64,000 bases of DNA from Gammaproteobacteria bacterium (GTDB lineage: Bacteria > Pseudomonadota > Gammaproteobacteria > JAURND01): the NCBI GenBank assembly GCA_047601185.1, contig JASGJS010000001.1, positions 1,400,308 to 1,464,307 on the forward strand, in the 5' to 3' direction. Of this stretch, positions 21,230 to 29,512 are shown piece after piece. Both the position numbers and the translations under genes were made by a program. Positions within the stretch are counted from its first letter, which is position 1; every line of letters starts with the position of its first letter. The notes under the pieces are model-generated. The model was not told where the DNA came from. It made no database searches and saw only the letters and a list, made by a program, of their open reading frames with translations.

Positions 21230-21299
21230 TGTAGAAGCTACCTCTATCTGGGGAGATATGCTATAATACTCTTAATTAGTCGTCCTGGAAATATGAATA

Positions 21300-21848
21300 A
21301 TGAAGCTTTTATTTGATTTTTTCCCCATTTTATTGTTTTTTATCGCCTTTAAATTCTTTGGGATTTATGTTGCCACTGCCACCACCATGGTCGGGGCGTT
21401 ATTGCAAGTTGGTATCTATTGGCTGAAGCATCGCCGCTTTGAAAGCCTGCATGTGATCACTTTTATTACCATTGTGCTGCTCGGCGGAACGACTTTAATT
21501 TTCCATAATGATCTGTTCATTAAATGGAAACCGACGGTTTTATACTGGATATTCGCTTTAGTGTTTGGTATCAGCCGTTTTATTGGCCAGAAACCGTTAA
21601 TTCAGAGAATGTTAGACAGTCAACTCAGCCTTCCCCTTAAAGCTTGGCAGCAGCTTAATTTCAGCTGGGTATTATTCTTCGCCATCATGGGCGCTGCTAA
21701 TATCTACGTGCTCTATCATTTTAGCACCAATGCCTGGGTCAACTTTAAATTATTTGGAACTTTAGGCTTCACCATTGTGTTTTTGGTAGGCCAAGGTATT
21801 TATATGTCGCGTTTTATGGAAATCAAAAATCGCCCTAAATCACAATAA
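21300..21848 (+). CDS. ispZ: Intracellular septation protein A (YciB)
   Basis: FDFFP, FIKWKPT and WVNFKLFG motifs. Confidence 0.93.
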   Translation: MKLLFDFFPILLFFIAFKFFGIYVATATTMVGALLQVGIYWLKHRRFESLHVITFITIVLLGGTTLIFHNDLFIKWKPTVLYWIFALVFGISRFIGQKPLIQRMLDSQLSLPLKAWQQLNFSWVLFFAIMGAANIYVLYHFSTNAWVNFKLFGTLGFTIVFLVGQGIYMSRFMEIKNRPKSQ

Positions 21849-21853
21849 AAAAT

Positions 21854-22117
21854 ATGACATCAGCTCGAGTCGATAAAATCAGCGCTTGTTTAAAACAACA
21901 CTTTTCTCCCACTTTTTTAGAAGTTGAAGATCAAGGCCATTTGCATATTGGCCATCCCGGTGCACAAACCGGTGCTGGACATTTTAAAGTAGCGATTGCT
22001 AGCCCCGTATTTGAAAACAAAAATCGTTTAGCTTGTCACAGACTCATTTATGAAGCATTAGGGGAGCTAATGCAAAGTGATATTCATGCTTTAATCATAG
22101 AAATAAGAAGCAGTTGA
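21854..22117 (+). CDS. bolA: BolA-family protein
   Basis: HIGHPG, GHFKV, HRLIY and IHAL motifs. Confidence 0.92.
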   Translation: MTSARVDKISACLKQHFSPTFLEVEDQGHLHIGHPGAQTGAGHFKVAIASPVFENKNRLACHRLIYEALGELMQSDIHALIIEIRSS

Positions 22118-22176
22118 TATTTTAATTCTTGGTAAACATTCAGCTTGTAAATATAAATATAACTCAAGTGTTACTC

Positions 22177-22217
22177 CCATGAGATCCCGCTAACAAGTAG
22201 GCGGGACGTCGAGGTAG
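22177..22217. repeat. Palindromic repeat family 2 copy
   Basis: CCATGAGATCCCGCTAACAAGTAGGCGGGACGTCGAGGTAG, matching 7082-7131. Confidence 0.75.
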
Positions 22218-22288
22218 CAACTGATATAAGACACGTTAAATTAATGTGCTGAATAATTACAGTTCTTAAAGATTTTATTGCTGAGTTT

Positions 22289-22492
22289 TGGCAGAAGATT
22301 AAGTTGTGGCGAGCTGTTTCTTTCTCTCCCCTGGCAGAAAATTGAGTTGTGGCGAGCTGTTCTTTCTCTCCCCTGGCGAAAATTGAGTTGTGGTGAGCTG
22401 TTTCCTTCTCCCCCCTGGCGAAAATTGAGTTGTGGTGAGCTGTTTCCTTCTCCCCCTGTGGGAGAAGGTGCCCGAATAGGGCGGATGAGGGG
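22289..22492. repeat. Four tandem ~42-bp repeats ending in a CCTTCTCCC/GGGAGAAGG palindromic element
   Basis: Unit TGGCGAAAATTGAGTTGTGGTGAGCTGTTTCCTTCTCCCCC; terminal hairpin element at 22446-22492. Confidence 0.85.
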
Positions 22493-22508
22493 TAAAATCA
22501 TAAAAATA

Positions 22509-23132
22509 TTAGAAACTCAAAAACATCCACCGCAAAAAATTCACTACAGGCAGTAAAACATTTCCTAAAACTCCACTTACCAACAGCAACAATAAAATCA
22601 AAAACCCAAAAACCCCAATCGAATCATACTTATTAGCGAGTCTCCTCGGCAAAAGACTCGATACCACCCGACTCCCATCCAGCGGCGGAATAGGAACCAA
22701 ATTCAACACCAACAAAATCAAATTAATATAAATGCCAATCTCTGCCATTTTCACAACAGCCGGAAAAAACCCGCCAACTTTCAGAATAACCGCCCACATA
22801 GCCGCCATCATAAAATTGCTGATCGGCCCAGCAATCGCCACCAAAGCTGCATCCCGTCTGGGATGTTTTAAATTCGACCAAGTGACTGGCACCGGTTTCG
22901 CCCATCCAAAAATAAATCCGCTTAAAGTCACTAACAAAAGGGGAACCAGGACAGTACCCACCAGATCGATATGCCGCAAGGGGTTCAAAGTCAAGCGACC
23001 CATGATCTTAGCAGTGGCGTCGCCTAATTTATTGGCTACCCAACCATGCGCCACTTCATGTACTGTGATGGCGAATAAAATGGGGATACTATAAATTAAA
23101 ATAAGCTGTAAAATGGATATTAGTTCTCTCAT
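22509..23132 (-). CDS. Site-2 protease (peptidase M50)
   Basis: HEVAH, AGPISN and NLVPIPPLDG motifs; ATG at 23132 preferred. Confidence 0.93.
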   Translation of the reverse strand: MRELISILQLILIYSIPILFAITVHEVAHGWVANKLGDATAKIMGRLTLNPLRHIDLVGTVLVPLLLVTLSGFIFGWAKPVPVTWSNLKHPRRDAALVAIAGPISNFMMAAMWAVILKVGGFFPAVVKMAEIGIYINLILLVLNLVPIPPLDGSRVVSSLLPRRLANKYDSIGVFGFLILLLLLVSGVLGNVLLPVVNFLRWMFLSF

Positions 23133-23249
23133 ATCAATAGTATAGTGTAAAAAAAAGATTGACAGCAAATCCAAAATATTATATTATTTTTTGATAATAT
23201 AGCAAACTTTATAATAAAATTTTCATAAAATTGTATTAAATAATGAGGG

Positions 23250-24461
23250 GTGGTTATGAAAGAATATAAGCAAAGTAAGCTTGCCAAGGAAATATTAGTC
23301 AGCAGAGCGGAAGAAAAACAGTTAATCGCAAGAGGGCGAATGCACCCTAATGTGGATATTAGTTTACGTGCATTGACGGATGACAAGTCAAGTAAAGATA
23401 ATAGTTACTGGATGGGCGCTCAGTTTAATGGGCATCCCCATTATGAATATACACGCGAAAATATAAAATACAAATTCTATCGCCCTTGCCAAGAGCTGAA
23501 CTATTTTCAATCATCTTCGTCTTCCACTGGGGTGATCATTTGTAATCCTTCCCTTAATCCTAATGAATATTTAAACCATCTCAAAAAAAACTTAGAGTCC
23601 TGGTATGAGAACTCTATTAAACCGACCGCCGATCCCGTTATTTTTATCCAGTATACCGGTGACGGACATAAGAGTGACCAGTTGGCCATGCATGATTTTG
23701 TGGAACCCACTAGGGCAGAAAAACTAGCATTGGTCAAAGTGAAGAACTTCATTGCAGGCTATCAACCCAAGTGTGCTGCAAAGGTTGTAGGAAATGATGA
23801 AAATGCTTTTGAAGCATTATTTGATCAAGCAGGTGCTCATTACGTAAACACCTCAACAGACCCGTTTGTATGTAAGGATGGTCTTAATGCTTTAATTGAA
23901 GTAGCAGTTAGTGACATATTTGCGCGTTATGACAATAGCCATTTAAAAATACAAACTTTAAAAAACATTTTTATCGAAGCTTATTCTTCATCTGATTTTA
24001 TTAAACGTGTTCTCGATTTAAGAAGTGGCGAAGCAGGAGGAGGGCAGGAGCAGGATCGTTCAGAACTTTATCAAGATTTAACGCTCATGTTGAAAGAAAT
24101 GGGAAAATTATCAGCTGTTTTTAATAAGTACCTTTCACAAGAATTTCAATATGATCCTAATAATCAACACGGTTTTTTTTGCTGCAAACCTAATCTTTAC
24201 ATCAGTCTCGCTATCGGAGGAGCTATAGCGGGTGTCGCTGTTCCTTTAATTACCTGGGGTGTTTTAGAAGCTTTAAACAGCAATCCTGATCTCCTGTTCG
24301 GAAAATTTGGAATGCCTGTCACGTTGGGGATGGGGGCAGGCGCGGGTTTTGTGTTTGGAGTTATATTAGCCACTTTAATATATGTTTGTAAAAAAACAAC
24401 ATTAGCAGATAATGATAGTTTCCATCTACCAGATGAGAAATTACGCCATGTGGCGGGATAA
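23250..24461 (+). CDS. Hypothetical protein with two C-terminal TM helices; effector-like
   Basis: 403-aa ORF with a hydrophobic hairpin near the C-terminus. Confidence 0.6.
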   Translation: MVMKEYKQSKLAKEILVSRAEEKQLIARGRMHPNVDISLRALTDDKSSKDNSYWMGAQFNGHPHYEYTRENIKYKFYRPCQELNYFQSSSSSTGVIICNPSLNPNEYLNHLKKNLESWYENSIKPTADPVIFIQYTGDGHKSDQLAMHDFVEPTRAEKLALVKVKNFIAGYQPKCAAKVVGNDENAFEALFDQAGAHYVNTSTDPFVCKDGLNALIEVAVSDIFARYDNSHLKIQTLKNIFIEAYSSSDFIKRVLDLRSGEAGGGQEQDRSELYQDLTLMLKEMGKLSAVFNKYLSQEFQYDPNNQHGFFCCKPNLYISLAIGGAIAGVAVPLITWGVLEALNSNPDLLFGKFGMPVTLGMGAGAGFVFGVILATLIYVCKKTTLADNDSFHLPDEKLRHVAG

Positions 24462-24569
24462 TGCTTAAAATTGATATTTTAAGTGATTTGTGCTATCATT
24501 AATGCTGAGAATTTATAATTTTTGTTTGTGTACTTAGGCATAAATCTAGTAGAGAGTGGGGGTATGTGT

Positions 24570-25001
24570 ATGAAAAAAATTTTATTATTATTACCAACTG
24601 CTGTGCTTTTATCGCTGTCAACGCAAATATTGGCTGCAAATAGCGGAAAGGTCTATTTTAATGATGGTCGTGGCTATAAAGATGAACAGGTCACTAAAAC
24701 CATTGAGCTGCTGTATACTCCGGTAGGGCAATCAAATAAGTTGAGTTGTTACGGTGCAAACCTTCCTCCCCATGTAGGAAGTTGGCAGACTGTGTTTGGC
24801 GAAGGAAGTTCAAGTTGCCTTTCTCCTCAAAACCCAGTCAGTTCGTTAAAGTTTCGTTGGTCGGTTGGAGGGGGTACATGGCGTGAAGTCATAGAGCCTA
24901 TTTCTGATAATACCCATTGTACCTATACGATTAATCTGTATAATGATTTTTCTAAGCCGTCCAACATTGATGCCCAAATTGCGAAAGTATCTTGCAATTA
25001 G
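24570..25001 (+). CDS. Hypothetical secreted protein
   Basis: Signal peptide MKKILLLLPTAVLLSLSTQILA; four Cys. Confidence 0.7.
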   Translation: MKKILLLLPTAVLLSLSTQILAANSGKVYFNDGRGYKDEQVTKTIELLYTPVGQSNKLSCYGANLPPHVGSWQTVFGEGSSSCLSPQNPVSSLKFRWSVGGGTWREVIEPISDNTHCTYTINLYNDFSKPSNIDAQIAKVSCN

Positions 25002-25031
25002 TAAGATTTGATTTGGTATGAAGAATCCAAC

Positions 25032-25065
25032 CATCCCGCTTTGGGCTGGGCTCAAGAGCGGGATG
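25032..25065. terminator. Hairpin between convergent genes
   Basis: CATCCCGCT/AGCGGGATG stem. Confidence 0.55.
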
Positions 25066-25093
25066 TGGAAGTAGAATAAACGATTCCTTAGCC

Positions 25094-25528
25094 TTACATA
25101 TTGTCTAATTTCATCATCAGAACTTTTTGACGTTCAGCGGGAGTTAAAGCATTCCACTGTGCCATAAAAAGCTCATCAACCTTCTTTTGTTCTTCAGGGC
25201 TTAAGCTGTCATATTTAGCCTGCATTTTTTCATGCATCTCTTTGCGTTGTTCCGGCGTCATGTCCGCCCACGCGTCATGCATTTTTTGCTTAATAGCGCG
25301 CTTTTGCTTAGGGGTCATGTCATTCCATCTTTCATTAAGCTGCTTTCTGACAGCTGCTTTTTGGTCAGCGGAAAGGCTATCCCAGGTCATCTGAGCTTCT
25401 TGCATCAAAGCGGCTTTTTGCTCGGTTGAGAGGGGTTCGGCGTTAATTGCCGACACGTGGCAGCCTAAAGCTACCCCAGAAATGATTAACCCACTGGTTA
25501 AAATCTTGCTAAAACTGATGTTGGCCAT
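25094..25528 (-). CDS. Exported helical-repeat protein (W..LT/SPEQ repeats, DUF3106-like)
   Basis: Signal peptide and ~18-aa repeats. Confidence 0.7.
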   Translation of the reverse strand: MANISFSKILTSGLIISGVALGCHVSAINAEPLSTEQKAALMQEAQMTWDSLSADQKAAVRKQLNERWNDMTPKQKRAIKQKMHDAWADMTPEQRKEMHEKMQAKYDSLSPEEQKKVDELFMAQWNALTPAERQKVLMMKLDNM

Positions 25529-25713
25529 TTGAAAATCTCCCTATAGTGAATGCTAGAAGTGTTACGGATTGCGATAATGGGCTTTCCCCCTATCTCCCAT
25601 AACGGCTGCCAGTATAACAAATTATTAGTAAAATAAATACTTCCATTGCGATAAAGGTATCTACCCTAACGGGATAAAATCTGATAATATGCACTTCCTT
25701 CCGACTGATAGAC

Positions 25714-25790
<77 letters not shown>

Positions 25791-26110
25791 GTAAAATCAA
25801 GGCTTCGCGAAGGTTGACCAGTGAGGCAGCAAGAAACGTGTCGAAGATGTGTCGAATAAATAATTAAAGGAAGGATTTACATCATGTCATTCCTTATTGA
25901 AACATTGGCGAGATGAATCAGGTCATGGACAAACTTCAAAAATTGAAGAAACTGAAGCATATACAGTAAAATATCAGCCAGAGATGGTCGCTATCCCTTA
26001 AATATATACTTCTTTGATGCTTCCAGCGCTAATATTTGAAATATTAGCTAAAGAATTTTATTTTTTACGATATCGCTTGAAATAATTATTTTTATCCCCA
26101 TTTAAGAGTA

Positions 26111-26366
26111 ATCCTGCCAATTAGGGTAGTGAGTATATGGTTAATGACGTCAATAAGAATGTCGCACATCCGGTAACAATAGTTGTCGTGAATGTGTTGG
26201 TAATAATTATTGAATTTCACAATGGTGCATAATATCATAATGATTATTTGTTCTCCATTTGGATCATACCATACAATGTTCAAGTATATATTTACCGAAA
26301 GGGATTGGCTTATAGCCTTCAGTCTAACGGAGGGTTGGTGTCGGTAACCTTATTCCCTCCGTTAAG
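26111..26366 (+). ncRNA. DRT2-associated template ncRNA (boundaries approximate)
   Basis: Lies directly upstream of the RT. Has a 5' hairpin (26111-26127), an internal stem (26164-26197) and a 3' stem TAACGGAGGG/CCCTCCGTTA (26325-26364). Split antisense -10/-35 elements flank a 138-nt template. Confidence 0.85.
26135..26272 (-). other. Predicted cDNA repeat unit (138 nt) encoding a Neo-like never-ending ORF
   Basis: Only one minus-strand frame lacks stops; concatenation gives TTGACG-17 nt-TATGAT and keeps that frame. Confidence 0.8.
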
Positions 26367-26375
26367 TGAGAAAAT

Positions 26376-27944
26376 ATGGACATATATCAATATTTTTTTG
26401 ATAAAAATGCTTTATACAAAGCAGAATTCAAAAATAAAGGCTATATACATTTTGACCACGAATTCTCGCTTAATAGGGTGTTTAAAGCATTAGCCAAATT
26501 AAAAGATACAAAACTTATATCTCATGCCTTTTATCCATTTATTCGCTTTACAATCCCTAAATATAAGCGTGATGAAAATGGAAAAAGTTACATTGACAAT
26601 GAGAACCCTCGCTACATCATACATACCGCCAGGGTAGACAGCAATATTTATTCTTTTTATAGAAATATTCTCATGAATAAATATGAAGAATTACTAAAAA
26701 AGCTAAATATAAATGAATGTGTAATTGCTTATAGAAAAATTCCCATTAGAGCAAATTCTAAGAAAAATAAATGTAGTGTCCATTTTGCCAATGAAGCAAT
26801 AGAAGAAATAAAGCGTCAAGTTCTCAGCGAAAAAAATTCAGGTTGTTACGCAATTGCATTAGATATCAAGGGCTTTTTTGACAATTTAAGCCACGGAATT
26901 ATAAAACAACAATGGTGTAAAGTAATAGGATCTAATAATGGTCTACCACAAGATCATTTCAAAATATATAAAAATATTACCAAATACCGTTATATAGATG
27001 TTGAAAAACTAGAAAATCTCTTGAACATCAACTTTGAAAAAATATATCAAAAAAATAATAAGATCAGAAAACAAAACGAAAATTTAAAACTCGGCTCAAA
27101 TGACCCGCCCTCCCCCAATCTAAAATTATGCACTGATGAGGACTTTAGAAATATTATAATACCTAATTTAGAAGAAAAAAAACAACTTGGTATCCCGCAA
27201 GGCACACCCATATCTGATGCTATCGCAAATATGTACATGTTAAACTTTGATGTTGCAATGCAAAAACTTGCTATAAAGAATAATGGTTATTATCGCCGCT
27301 ATTCTGATGATATTTTACTAATACTCCCACAGTGCTCAGTTAAAAGATCGATTAGAATTATCAATTGGTTACTCAAATATACAACAAAAACCCTAAAAAT
27401 AAATGCCAAAAAAACTGTTGTTTCAAAATTTTCAAAAAATGACTCCTCAATAGTTTGCAACACTTACAAATTAAAAAATGATATCGAATGCGAAATGGTC
27501 GGAAAGCCATTTGAATACCTTGGTCTATCCTTTGATGGAAAAATCATTAGATTGAGAAAATCAACAATCTCAGCCTTTTACATCAAATTAAGTTCTAGGA
27601 TAAAAAAAGAAGTTAAAATTGCAAAATTTAAGTTAAAAAAACGTGGCAATAAATACCCAACAGCTTCGGAAATATATAAAATTATTAGTTTTGACATGAT
27701 TTATAATTCATATATGGAATGCAGAGAGCCGGAAGAAAAATTCCTGGGAAATTTTTATACCTATGTCAATTTAGTATCAAAAGTTACAAGTTCTCTCCAG
27801 ATTAAAGATATCTTTAACAACTTGGAAAACTGGATTAAAAAAAGAGCTAAAAAATATTGTGTTGACACAGAAAAAAAATATAGAAAACTTAAGTCGTATC
27901 ATAGAAATTTTCCGTCGACGTGTACGGCTCTAGAAAAAGCTTAG
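26376..27944 (+). CDS. drt2: Antiviral reverse transcriptase, DRT2 (UG2) type
   Basis: KGYIHFD, HAFYPF, DIKGFFDNL, QWCKVIG, LPQDHF.IYK.IT, GIPQGTPIS, YRRYSDD and YLG.SFDG, matching DRT2 motifs as I recall them; very AT-rich. Confidence 0.9.
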   Translation: MDIYQYFFDKNALYKAEFKNKGYIHFDHEFSLNRVFKALAKLKDTKLISHAFYPFIRFTIPKYKRDENGKSYIDNENPRYIIHTARVDSNIYSFYRNILMNKYEELLKKLNINECVIAYRKIPIRANSKKNKCSVHFANEAIEEIKRQVLSEKNSGCYAIALDIKGFFDNLSHGIIKQQWCKVIGSNNGLPQDHFKIYKNITKYRYIDVEKLENLLNINFEKIYQKNNKIRKQNENLKLGSNDPPSPNLKLCTDEDFRNIIIPNLEEKKQLGIPQGTPISDAIANMYMLNFDVAMQKLAIKNNGYYRRYSDDILLILPQCSVKRSIRIINWLLKYTTKTLKINAKKTVVSKFSKNDSSIVCNTYKLKNDIECEMVGKPFEYLGLSFDGKIIRLRKSTISAFYIKLSSRIKKEVKIAKFKLKKRGNKYPTASEIYKIISFDMIYNSYMECREPEEKFLGNFYTYVNLVSKVTSSLQIKDIFNNLENWIKKRAKKYCVDTEKKYRKLKSYHRNFPSTCTALEKA

Positions 27945-28068
27945 ATTGTAAATTCTTAAAAAACATCTCCGTTTTCATATTTTAGAGGCTTTGATATGGC
28001 TTATGAACATTCTATTTGATTTTTATAGAGCAATAATAACTTAAATTTAGCCACTATTGCTCCTTAAT

Positions 28069-28374
28069 TTAAAAAACAGAAAACATAATATGTGGCACCA
28101 CCACACCAACAATGATTCCCATCAACATTGTCGCAGCAAATCGGAGTTGCCCGCAAAAGAACTCATGACGCTCTAGTCTTTTGACAACATCATCTATATA
28201 GACTCTGGCTGCGGCGACTTGTTCGTTGATGGCTGACAACCGCCGCTGACCAGGGCTATTGTAAGGATAATTCTGGCTAGTAGTGGGGTCACTAAAAACA
28301 TCCCGGACTAAAAACCCGAGATGTTCAATGATTTTTTGTGCCTGTTGGGCTTCTTTTTGAATGATGCGATTCAT
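28069..28374 (-). CDS. Small hypothetical protein with C-terminal TM helix
   Basis: 101 aa; ATGA overlap with the upstream gene. Confidence 0.6.
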   Translation of the reverse strand: MNRIIQKEAQQAQKIIEHLGFLVRDVFSDPTTSQNYPYNSPGQRRLSAINEQVAAARVYIDDVVKRLERHEFFCGQLRFAATMLMGIIVGVVVPHIMFSVF

Positions 28375-28661
28375 TTTGATACCTCCGCCTGCATTTTAAC
28401 GGTCATACAGGGCTCTGGCTTCTGGTAGTTTTCTTCAAATTCCACCAAAGATTGCTGGCTTTGTTGATATGCGCTATCCAGCAAATCGCTGATGGTTAAT
28501 AAGTAGTTATGAATCAAAGACTTAGGATAATGCAGAAAAGAGCCATGTAGCGCAATTTGAAGTAAAGCATTTGCTTTACTTAGTTGGTCATGGATCGTTT
28601 CAATCGAACCCATTTGTTGGTTTACGAGAGATGAAAAGTGGTTTAGGCTATCTGTAGCCAT
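28371..28661 (-). CDS. Small helical hypothetical protein
   Basis: Strong RBS AAGGAGG before the ATG. Confidence 0.7.
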   Translation of the reverse strand: MATDSLNHFSSLVNQQMGSIETIHDQLSKANALLQIALHGSFLHYPKSLIHNYLLTISDLLDSAYQQSQQSLVEFEENYQKPEPCMTVKMQAEVSK

Positions 28662-28741
28662 ATTGGCCTCCTTAGAAGGTTGATTTTGGTTAGTGGCGCG
28701 TTTGTGTTAATGGCACTGCGCGTCACGCTGCTTCCTTTTTT
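28655..28741 (+). ncRNA. Putative cis-antisense RNA (SymR-like architecture)
   Basis: TTTACG(28621)-17-TAGGCT(28644) promoter, hairpin 28693-28726 and T-tract; covers the RBS and ATG of the 28661 gene. Confidence 0.45.
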
Positions 28742-28849
28742 ATAAGAAATATAAGGAATATCAAGAAGCCTATAATTTATCTTTATCTTTGTCAAGAGGT
28801 TTAAAAATATAGTATTCTCATACCTTACCAAACCTGCGAGGAATTCAGA

Positions 28850-29077
28850 TTGTCTCATCCTGAAACTAGTAAAAAAATGAAACCTATTAAAAGAAGCTAT
28901 ACCTTTGTCCAGCTTGATTTGGATAATCTTGAAAAGATCAAAGATACGGCGCTTAACCGTAAGCTGGTATTAACTGATAGCCAAGTAGTTAGGATGGGGT
29001 TAATAATGTTGAGTACTGCTAGCGAATCTGAGCTAGAAGCAATGGCTCAGAGAGCACCAAAGCTACCAAGGCGTTAA
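28850..29077 (+). CDS. Small putative DNA-binding (RHH-like) protein
   Basis: Beta-helix-helix pattern (RSYTFVQL, DSQVVRMGL). Confidence 0.5.
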   Translation: MSHPETSKKMKPIKRSYTFVQLDLDNLEKIKDTALNRKLVLTDSQVVRMGLIMLSTASESELEAMAQRAPKLPRR

Positions 29078-29512
29078 TATAGTTTTACACTCGAAATTTA
29101 ATATAATATATAATAGTTAAGTGAATTTAGATTTAAAATTTTCCCGTTAGAACTTCCCACAATCGAGTTACCCCAATTGCGCGGCGGATTGATTACCACC
29201 GATTCGCCCCATTTACTTTAATGTTGAATCAAAGTATGGCCAGACTGATCGCGCCATATCGATGTAAGTCATCGATACCTCATTTTATTGCCTTTTTATT
29301 TCCTCCTATTCAAATTGGTTAGCATTAATTAAAAAAAGTTTGATCTCTATAAATAACTGATGAAACCAAACCAGGATTCACTTTATTTGGTAACCGTGCA
29401 AAGTGAGAGCACGAAACGCTTCAGGTGCGTTTGTCCATACATACTTTATTTATACTCTTTTCTTTATAATTGGCAAGTGTTTTTGGGAGTTTTGAAAATA
29501 AAATCGACACCC

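Noticed and set aside
22289-22457. CRISPR array
   Set aside because: Contiguous tandem units with no unique spacers and no cas genes. ORFs 22241-22501 and 22278-22556 are repeat artefacts.
26092-26283. 63-aa minus-strand ORF as an ordinary gene
   Set aside because: Its promoter elements are in inverted order in the genome; it is better explained as the open frame of the cDNA repeat.
26248-26493. 81-aa plus-strand ORF
   Set aside because: Overlaps the ncRNA hairpins and the RT start in another frame; likely spurious.
26376-27944. RT as a retron, group II intron or DGR enzyme
   Set aside because: No VTG retron motif, no maturase or intron domain V, and no TR/VR pair; motifs and upstream layout fit DRT2.
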